A DNA stretch of 14,373 bases from a virus (IMGVR_UViG_2878480445_000013); one strand, 5' to 3'; shown: positions 8,263-13,541, numbered from the stretch's first letter. Translations and numbers: made by a program. Notes: generated by a model from the letters alone, not told the origin.

Positions 8263-8390
8263 AAAACACAAAAGACCGATTCCAGAGACAGCAAGAATAA
8301 TCCCAACCGCACACCTCCACAGCCAGCAAATAAATCGCTGTTCTGTGAAGTTCTGCTATGGTATCCTTCGCCTGCTCTAGAATCGGGCTT
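8263..8390 (-). ncRNA. Long rod-like hairpin with U-tract in the 5' leader of the sigma-like gene (candidate attenuator / cis-regulatory RNA)
   Basis: Outer arms AAGCCCGATTCTAGAG / CTCTGGAATCGGTCTT (16 positions, 1 mismatch, 1 G-U), inner CTTCACAG/CTGTGGAG and CAGCGA/TTGCTG stems, then TTGTGTTTT. Confidence 0.6.
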
Positions 8391-8465
8391 ACGATATTTT
8401 TTTATTTGTCCGGGGCTTGCTGACAGATGCTTTCATTTGACTCTGTGGGCTTGTCCCTTGGACTG

Positions 8466-8495
8466 ATTATATGATAACAAAATGACCGGGGGCTT
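8466..8495 (-). promoter_or_regulatory. Candidate promoter of the sigma-like gene (perfect -10, non-canonical -35)
   Basis: TATAAT at 8471-8466; the hexamer 18 nt upstream is AAGCCC rather than TTGACA. Confidence 0.4.
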
Positions 8496-8529
8496 TCCTC
8501 AACCAGACTGTTGAAGATATGTTTCCGGC

Positions 8530-8545
8530 TCTACCATTTGGTAGA
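8530..8545. promoter_or_regulatory. Palindromic operator candidate TCTACCA-TT-TGGTAGA
   Basis: Perfect 7-2-7 inverted repeat upstream of the sigma-gene promoter; an 11-nt partial copy lies at 8246-8256. Confidence 0.55.
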
Positions 8546-8588
8546 AATTCAAAAATAATTGGCATGGAGGACCGTCAATAACATAATC

Positions 8589-8625
8589 AAAAAAACCGCA
8601 CAGTAATCTTTCTACTGCACGGTTT
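8589..8625 (-). terminator. Intrinsic terminator of the XRE gene
   Basis: AACCGTGCAGTAG-AAAGA-TTACTGTGCGGTT followed by a T run, overlapping the stop codon. Confidence 0.8.
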
Positions 8626-8971
8626 ACGCTGGTACTGCCAGCAGCCCCTTCATCTGTCGAAGGAGCATTTTTTGTTCTTCTGGTGATAACTGATGGAATA
8701 CATCTTCCGCTTCTCTCTCAATATCTGTCTTTTCAGTTTTGTGTATGTACTCCTCCGGAATCAACCTCTCTACAGTTGTATTGAGAGCATCTGCCACCTT
8801 TACAGCAGTATAAAGACCTATTTTCCGATCGGCTACTTCGTATCGGTGGATTGAGTTGCTCTGAACTCCTGCTTTTTCTGCCAGTTTCTCCTGTGTCATT
8901 CCTGCCGCATCCCGCATTTCAAACAATCGGCCGGCTACTTTCTCATGAAAACGCTTTTCTTCTTCAGTCAC
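8624..8971 (-). CDS. XRE-family helix-turn-helix transcriptional regulator (115 aa)
   Basis: GTG start with GAGGAGG RBS; RLFEMRDAAGMTQEKLAEKAGVQSNSIHRYEVADRKIGLYTAVKVADALNTTVERL is a Cro/CI HTH. Confidence 0.92.
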   Translation of the reverse strand: MTEEEKRFHEKVAGRLFEMRDAAGMTQEKLAEKAGVQSNSIHRYEVADRKIGLYTAVKVADALNTTVERLIPEEYIHKTEKTDIEREAEDVFHQLSPEEQKMLLRQMKGLLAVPA

Positions 8972-9022
8972 TCAATCCACCTCCTCTCTTGTGTAAGTTT
9001 CCTACTTTATAATATCCTTTTT

Positions 9023-9038
9023 ATGTCATTTTCGACAT
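9023..9038. promoter_or_regulatory. Operator candidate ATGTC-N6-GACAT upstream of the XRE gene
   Basis: 5-bp inverted repeat about 50 nt upstream of the start; TTCGAC/GTCGAA also recurs at 9031, 9056, 9092, 9166 and 9280. Confidence 0.3.
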
Positions 9039-9133
9039 GGGGACTCACTGCATAATTCGACCTGAAATCAGTAGATTCACTACTACTTTTTGTCGAAAAC
9101 AGGTACTTGCATCCCTTTTGCCCTTAAAACGAC

Positions 9134-9207
9134 AAAAAGACCGGAGCAAATAAAGTTACAAGTGTGTCGAACTCTGCGAAACTTGTCTCTTTATTTACTC
9201 CGGTCTT
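9134..9207 (-). terminator. Long-stem intrinsic terminator / attenuator upstream of the XRE gene
   Basis: 19-bp stem AAGACCGGAGTAAATAAAG / CTTTATTTGCTCCGGTCTT (one G-U), 2x2 loop, 6-bp ACAAGT/ACTTGT, then TTT. Confidence 0.75.
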
Positions 9208-9293
9208 ATAGATTCTATTGCCTATATGTACCGGCGTGTACCAGATTGATAGTTAATCCCAACCTACGAACAAGCGCACTTCGACCCAACATA

Positions 9294-9428
9294 CTAGTAA
9301 ACATCATCCGTATTGCGACTGTCCATTTCAAATTCTAGTCGCGATTGATCCAAATAAAAATAAACTTTACTAAATATGTAATAAGTACGTTGTTCATCAT
9401 CCAAACTCTTGTTGGATAGAACGGTCAA
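9294..9428 (-). CDS. Possible 44-aa small protein or decayed gene (LTVLSNKSLDDEQRTYYIFSKVYFYLDQSRLEFEMDSRNTDDVY)
   Basis: TTG...TAG open frame read by hand, downstream of a good promoter and an AGGAGG; the RBS-to-TTG distance (19 nt) is too long, so the start is doubtful. Confidence 0.3.
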   Translation of the reverse strand: MTVLSNKSLDDEQRTYYIFSKVYFYLDQSRLEFEMDSRNTDDVY

Positions 9429-9501
9429 CTAACTATTTTCTGGTACACCTCCTATTGCTTATTCTCTATTTATCATTTCACCACGATTTGTGGTAATTTT
9501 T

Positions 9502-9530
9502 ACTATATCATAAAAACCACAATGAGTAAA
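9502..9530 (-). promoter_or_regulatory. Sigma-A-type promoter TTTACT-N17-TATAGT with extended -10 TG
   Basis: Direct reading of the minus strand; ACCAC-N5-GTGGT palindrome (9480-9494) lies just downstream of the predicted start site. Confidence 0.65.
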
Positions 9531-9738
9531 TAGAGTTTGACAAATTTTGTAAGATAAAGCAGAAACAAGTCGTTATTTTATGCATTATGCCATACAGCAT
9601 CTACCATAATATCCGCAAAATCTAATTGAACCTTTGCTGACTTAGATTTTGTTGATTAGTAATAACCAGCCATGCCATATTTTTTAGACACCTGCGTACG
9701 GTAATGTTCCGGATCTTATTTTTGTAAATCCGGATAAC

Positions 9739-9800
9739 AAAAAAAGCCGAGGCAGACCAGGGCACCTTATACTAAGGTCATCCCAAGTCTACCTCGGCTT
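9739..9800 (-). terminator. Long-stem intrinsic terminator
   Basis: AAGCCGAGGTAGAC...ACCTTA-GTA-TAAGGT...GTCTGCCTCGGCTT followed by TTTTT; mismatches on the plus strand become G-U pairs on the minus strand. Confidence 0.8.
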
Positions 9801-9910
9801 ACTACGCACATTACACTTTCCAGCGTATTCGAGCAGCACCTACAGGTAGGTGTAAATTCAATCAGGCTGGCTCACACGTCCTGCGGTGAGTCAAGCTGTT
9901 ACTGGAACAG

Positions 9911-10114
9911 TCATATTCTGAACTGTTCCTTTTTGTCTTCAAAGGTCATGTATGGACCAGAATAACACTGTTCGTTAAAATCATCCAGATACTCATATCC
10001 CTGCAGTTGCCCGTTTTTCACATAGGCCACAGCCTTACGGCCGTTAACGACCGCACGAGTTGCAAGCAGTACTCGCTTTCCTTGCGATGTGTAAATTCCA
10101 CACTTAGAAATCAC
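9911..10114 (-). CDS. Small beta-rich hypothetical protein (about 67 aa)
   Basis: Start most likely GTG 10114 (GAGGAG 9 nt upstream, after the upstream stop); ATG 10123 is an alternative. MISKCGIYTSQGKRVLLATRAVVNGRKAVAYVKNG... Confidence 0.7.
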   Translation of the reverse strand: MISKCGIYTSQGKRVLLATRAVVNGRKAVAYVKNGQLQGYEYLDDFNEQCYSGPYMTFEDKKEQFRI

Positions 10115-10145
10115 TCCTACCATCTCCTCTTCGTTTTCTTGTTTT

Positions 10146-10907
10146 TCAAACCTTAGCATCCTTCCAAATAGATGTAATCGGTTTACCAATCTGCTTCTCA
10201 ACGATTTTTCGTATCTCCGGATGTTTCTTCATATAGAGCAACACCTGCTTATCTCTTTCCATATACTCATCACGTATAGGATCTTCGTCATCCCCATACA
10301 AATCTCCAACATCATCAGTGTCGCCAAGTTCCATTCCCATTTTAAGCACCTCTGCCAATTCACCACAGTGTATAGCTGCATTCACGGTACTGCATACTGA
10401 TTCTACTGCTAACTTCTTAGCAAGATTTTCCAAGCCAAGTACCTGCTGTGTGTAAATATAAGGTGTAAGATTTTCCGCATAGCAATCAATCATACGATGA
10501 CAATACTCTAATTTTTCTCTCGCAGAAAGCTGAAACATCATATCTAACGACTGTGCTACGCCAATAATATCTGCCTCACTGTATCCTTTTTGTGACAAGT
10601 AGTCAATGAAATACTGGATGAACTCATGTACTTCATTAAGAGTTAGACTTCCATCCTTATCCTCCCAAATTTTATGTGACAGACCTTCTTCACGAGCAAG
10701 CTGTACGAGTATGATTTTAACAAATTCTTTTTCTTCATTGGGAAACTCAACTTTTCCTTTTCCCCTGAACAGTATTTCCATATCTCCACCGCACCGCTGA
10801 ATCAGCTTCGTAAATTTTCTCCACAGCTTTTTTTCTGCAGAATCCATGTTTTCAAATGGAAGTTCTTCCTTTACAACCTCTTTTATAATTTGTCTTAAAG
10901 AAATCAT
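10146..10907 (-). CDS. Hypothetical helical protein (253 aa), low GC
   Basis: Long ORF with AAAGGAG RBS; first gene downstream of the leftward switch promoter; no family recognised. Confidence 0.85.
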   Translation of the reverse strand: MISLRQIIKEVVKEELPFENMDSAEKKLWRKFTKLIQRCGGDMEILFRGKGKVEFPNEEKEFVKIILVQLAREEGLSHKIWEDKDGSLTLNEVHEFIQYFIDYLSQKGYSEADIIGVAQSLDMMFQLSAREKLEYCHRMIDCYAENLTPYIYTQQVLGLENLAKKLAVESVCSTVNAAIHCGELAEVLKMGMELGDTDDVGDLYGDDEDPIRDEYMERDKQVLLYMKKHPEIRKIVEKQIGKPITSIWKDAKV

Positions 10908-10938
10908 AGAATTGTTCTCCTTTCAAATTGTTGGCTCC

Positions 10939-10993
10939 ATTATATCACTTATAGACTCCAAAACCTGGACATCCAAAGCCTATAAGATGTCCA
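10939..10993 (-). promoter_or_regulatory. Extended -10 promoter (TGaTATAAT) plus inverted repeat TGGACATC-N12-GATGTCCA
   Basis: TATAAT at 10944-10939 preceded by TG; perfect 8-bp inverted repeat at 10966-10973 / 10986-10993 around the -35 position. Confidence 0.5.
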
Positions 10994-11040
10994 ATTTTAT
11001 GGAACACTACCTGTAATTCCAGAGGACTTCAACTCACCTC

Positions 11041-11069
11041 TTGACTTCTACAACCTTCTATTGTATTAT
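11041..11069 (+). promoter_or_regulatory. Rightward sigma-A promoter TTGACT-N17-TATTAT for the XRE-ImmA operon
   Basis: Direct reading; 17-nt spacer TCTACAACCTTCTATTG. Confidence 0.75.
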
Positions 11070-11122
11070 AGGAACAGGAGTTCCCGAACCTTTGTTCTTA
11101 GTATATAGGAACAGTTGTTCCT
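11070..11122. promoter_or_regulatory. Three GAAC-N4-GTTC operator boxes
   Basis: GAAC-agga-GTTC 11072-11083, GAAC-cttt-GTTC 11086-11097, GAAC-agtt-GTTC 11109-11120 (the last within perfect AGGAACA-gt-TGTTCCT); TATAGGAACAG repeated at 11067 and 11104. Confidence 0.8.
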
Positions 11123-11128
11123 TGTCAA
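11100..11128 (-). promoter_or_regulatory. Leftward sigma-A promoter TTGACA-N17-TATACT
   Basis: Consensus -35 and near-consensus -10; the spacer is filled by the AGGAACA-NN-TGTTCCT palindrome. Confidence 0.85.
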
Positions 11129-11207
11129 GTAGCTTTACAAAATTATGTTGTAAATGTTGGTGCTTTCCCTCCAACAGACAACAGGTTATCCCACATGGAG
11201 GCATGAC

Positions 11208-11717
11208 ATGAAAAAAGAAACGAACTTTGAAACCAGTCCACTTAACACACAGGATGCCAAGGCAGAAGCCGCCACTACTCTGGCTCCTGACGCAACCAAT
11301 GGAGATAAAATAAAAGCCCTCCGCACCGCCCAGCACATGAGTATGGCTGAACTGGCACGTCGGGCTTCGATGTCGGATCGTGCGATCCGCTATATTGAAT
11401 CCAACCAGCGAGAACCAAGCGTAGAAGCAATCCAGAAGATTGCGGTTGCTCTTGGAGTCACTACGGATTATTTTATGGATGAGGCAACCTTCCAGCAAGA
11501 GCTGAACGATGACCTCTTCTATGCAGATGTCCGCAAAAAGTATGGTTCCCGCGGCGTTGCACAGGCAAAAAAAATAAAAGAACAGACCACTGCCCTGTTT
11601 GCCGGCGGTGAGCTGTCCGAAGAAGATCAGGCTGCTTTTATTAAAGAGATGGAAGCACTTTTCCTCGATGCGAAGGCCGATGCGAAGAAATTTACTCCCA
11701 AAAAATATCTGCGGTAA
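11208..11717 (+). CDS. XRE-family repressor, ImmR-like (169 aa)
   Basis: Start reassigned to ATG 11208 (GGAGG RBS); HTH KIKALRTAQHMSMAELARRASMSDRAIRYIESNQREPSVEAIQKIAVALGVTTDYF, then a C-terminal LFAGGELSEED domain. Confidence 0.92.
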   Translation: MKKETNFETSPLNTQDAKAEAATTLAPDATNGDKIKALRTAQHMSMAELARRASMSDRAIRYIESNQREPSVEAIQKIAVALGVTTDYFMDEATFQQELNDDLFYADVRKKYGSRGVAQAKKIKEQTTALFAGGELSEEDQAAFIKEMEALFLDAKADAKKFTPKKYLR

Positions 11718-11751
11718 GAACTGATATTACTCCAGAGGAAAGGAGTCTACC

Positions 11752-12426
11752 TTGAACACACGCGCTATTGATATGGCCGATGCTGTAGTTCGCCGCTACA
11801 AGACCCGCGATCCGGAAGAAATCATTTCCCGGAGAGCCATAAAGCTCAAAGACATCCGGTATTGCCACGACCTGCTCGGTTACTACACAGTCATTCTGAA
11901 CTGTGAGTACATCGGCATCAACACAAATTGTACGAATGCCCAGCGTGTATCCGCAATGGCCCATGAGCTGGGACACGCCCTCTTTGACCGGAAACACGCC
12001 AGTTCCGGTCAGGCATTCCAGGACACCTATTTTTATAGTCTGGATAATTCAAAGACAGAACGGCGAGCCAACACCTTCGCCGCCGAACTGCTGCTGGCAG
12101 ACGATGCTGTTCTGGAACCGATTGGCTACTATGAATACACTGCCGATCTAAAACAGCTGGAGGCAAATCTGCCTTCCCGCTGTGCCTCTGCTTATCGAGC
12201 CATGAAGTATCAGGAACTTTTGCAGGAGTTCCAATACGCACACTCCGGGCTGATCACCTTGGATGAGATTGCCCAGATAAACTCTATTGAGAAACACTTT
12301 GTGGATTTCAAACTGAACATCCTCGCAGACAAAGGATACCAACTTCCGTTTCTTCCTGAACTCCACAATGATTTCCTGAAAGACTCCATGAAGAATTGCA
12401 ACGGAAATGAGGTGACGATGGATTGA
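11752..12426 (+). CDS. ImmA/IrrE-family metallo-endopeptidase (anti-repressor)
   Basis: TTG start with AAAGGAG RBS; AHELGH (HExxH) and ERRANTFAAELLL; directly follows the XRE gene. Confidence 0.92.
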   Translation: MNTRAIDMADAVVRRYKTRDPEEIISRRAIKLKDIRYCHDLLGYYTVILNCEYIGINTNCTNAQRVSAMAHELGHALFDRKHASSGQAFQDTYFYSLDNSKTERRANTFAAELLLADDAVLEPIGYYEYTADLKQLEANLPSRCASAYRAMKYQELLQEFQYAHSGLITLDEIAQINSIEKHFVDFKLNILADKGYQLPFLPELHNDFLKDSMKNCNGNEVTMD

Positions 12427-12593
12427 ACTTCTATTACTGCGATGCCTGTCATTACTGCTTTGAAAGCAAGTCACTTCCTGACCGCTGCCCGGACTGCGGT
12501 GCAGTGGAACACGATGAAAAGCCAGCTGTACGTCTGGCAACGGAGAACGAAATAACTGAGCTGCTCCGGATACGAGCAGAGGACAAAGACTGA
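12423..12593 (+). CDS. Small zinc-ribbon / rubredoxin-like protein (56 aa), not in ORF track
   Basis: TTG at 12423 overlaps the ImmA stop (TTGA); GAGGTG RBS 8 nt upstream. MNFYYCDACHYCFESKSLPDRCPDCGAVEHDEKPAVRLATENEITELLRIRAEDKD with CxxC and CPxCG; TGA at 12591-12593. Confidence 0.8.
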   Translation: MNFYYCDACHYCFESKSLPDRCPDCGAVEHDEKPAVRLATENEITELLRIRAEDKD

Positions 12594-12598
12594 TTGAC

Positions 12599-12636
12599 TG
12601 CCCCACTGTGTACATATTTCACAGTGAGGCATTTTT
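12599..12636. terminator. Terminator between the convergent XRE-ImmA operon and the next gene
   Basis: TGCC-C-CACTGTG ... CACAGTG-A-GGCA followed by TTTTT on the plus strand. Confidence 0.75.
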
Positions 12637-12645
12637 CGTTACAAA

Positions 12646-13032
12646 CTATACGTCAAGGGCCTCCAGCATCAGCCGCATCCCGACTTTCATGCCTTCCTCA
12701 AAGGCAGTCTTTTCCCAGGCGCAGCACACGCTTCCCTGCCTGTCCATAATTTTCTCCCACAGCGGGATATCTCCGCCGTAGTCATCCACCAAGACATCCA
12801 TTCCAGCTATACCTCTGAGCCAAGTTTCCAGATTTTTCTCTTTTTGCTTGGCCTCCTTGCCGGCCTCGGTGGTCTGCGGTGCTATGGAATTATTCTCCGT
12901 GTAATGCTCATAGATCAAATCCAGCAGATTCTCGACCGGTGGATAGTACTTTGGCGATGCTCCCTCCAAGTATTTTTCCAGTATTTCTTTCAGTTTTTCT
13001 ATGACGCTACCATCCTTTCCAACCGTAAGCAA
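12646..13032 (-). CDS. Hypothetical protein (128 aa; C-terminal AFEEGMKVGMRLM resembles DUF6809-type proteins)
   Basis: TTG start with GGGAG upstream and its own promoter; exact start uncertain (an AAAGGA RBS also precedes an in-frame ATA). Confidence 0.7.
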   Translation of the reverse strand: MLTVGKDGSVIEKLKEILEKYLEGASPKYYPPVENLLDLIYEHYTENNSIAPQTTEAGKEAKQKEKNLETWLRGIAGMDVLVDDYGGDIPLWEKIMDRQGSVCCAWEKTAFEEGMKVGMRLMLEALDV

Positions 13033-13059
13033 TTACATTCTGCTCCCCGGTTAGGATGG

Positions 13060-13088
13060 ATATTAGCATCAGGTTTTGCACATAGCAA
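13060..13088 (-). promoter_or_regulatory. Promoter TTGCTA-N17-TAATAT with extended -10 TG
   Basis: Direct reading upstream of the 12646-13032 gene. Confidence 0.55.
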
Positions 13089-13126
13089 CTTGTTTTTATA
13101 ATTAGTTTTAACTAACCTACGCTTCT

Positions 13127-13172
13127 AAAAATAACCGTGTGAACTTTTGGAGTTCAGTTTGTCCACACGGCT
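13127..13172 (-). terminator. Intrinsic terminator after the coiled-coil gene
   Basis: AGCCGTGTGGAC / GTTCACACGGTT 12-bp stem (two G-U) followed by ATTTTT. Confidence 0.7.
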
Positions 13173-13176
13173 TATA

Positions 13177-13518
13177 TTATTTCAACTTCTCAAGGATTTC
13201 GTCCGCACTCATCCCACTGGCTAATAATTTCTTAACCACATTCTCGGCTTCCGACTTTTTCGCTTCTTCAGCTGCCTTTGCATCTGCCTTTGCCTTCTTC
13301 GCTTCGAGCTTGGCGATTTCCTTTTCCACCTGCTTAATCTCCGCTCTCTGCGGCTTCAACGATTCACGCATAGACTTGATGTCTGTCTTTAGCTCCTCAA
13401 TCTGAGCAACAGTCTTAGCTACGCCCTCTTCTAAGAGAGCTTTGTCCTTCTGCAGCTTTGCGATCTGTGCATCGAAGTCGATTTTAGTGCGGTTTTTGCT
13501 TCCTTTGGTTCTGGGCAT
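13177..13518 (-). CDS. Lys/Ala-rich coiled-coil hypothetical protein (113 aa)
   Basis: GGAG RBS; basic N-terminal MPRTKGSKNR, heptad-rich middle, C-terminal LLASGMSADEILEKLK. Confidence 0.85.
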   Translation of the reverse strand: MPRTKGSKNRTKIDFDAQIAKLQKDKALLEEGVAKTVAQIEELKTDIKSMRESLKPQRAEIKQVEKEIAKLEAKKAKADAKAAEEAKKSEAENVVKKLLASGMSADEILEKLK

Positions 13519-13541
13519 ATAACAACTCTCCGTTCAAAAAG

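Larger units (their letters stand above)
1..12636. mobile_element. Phage-like / integrative element: replication module plus regulatory switch (boundaries not visible)
   Basis: DUF2800-DUF2815-PolA cluster, DUF932, sigma-like activator, two XRE genes and an ImmA/IrrE protease form a gene set typical of Firmicutes prophages and genomic islands. No integrase or att site in the window, so the limits are approximate and the left side continues beyond base 1. Confidence 0.8.

Noticed and set aside
3764-8312. ORF-track start sites at 3820, 6843, 7405 and 8312 (also 10201 and 11154)
   Set aside because: Each has a downstream start with a clear RBS and avoids running through hairpins or neighbouring genes; starts were reassigned.
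9087-9138. c-di-GMP-I riboswitch suggested by GGCAAA
   Set aside because: The GNRA-capped P2 and the GCAAAG/P3 arrangement are missing; only a short word matches.
9090-9338. 82-aa plus-strand ORF
   Set aside because: TTG start without RBS, runs through the long hairpin, and has no protein-like features.
9537-9570. Plus-strand promoter at TTGACA 9537-9542
   Set aside because: No acceptable -10 at 16-18 nt spacing, so no antisense transcript is claimed.
11058-11498. 146-aa minus-strand ORF
   Set aside because: Antisense to the XRE gene and crosses the promoter region.
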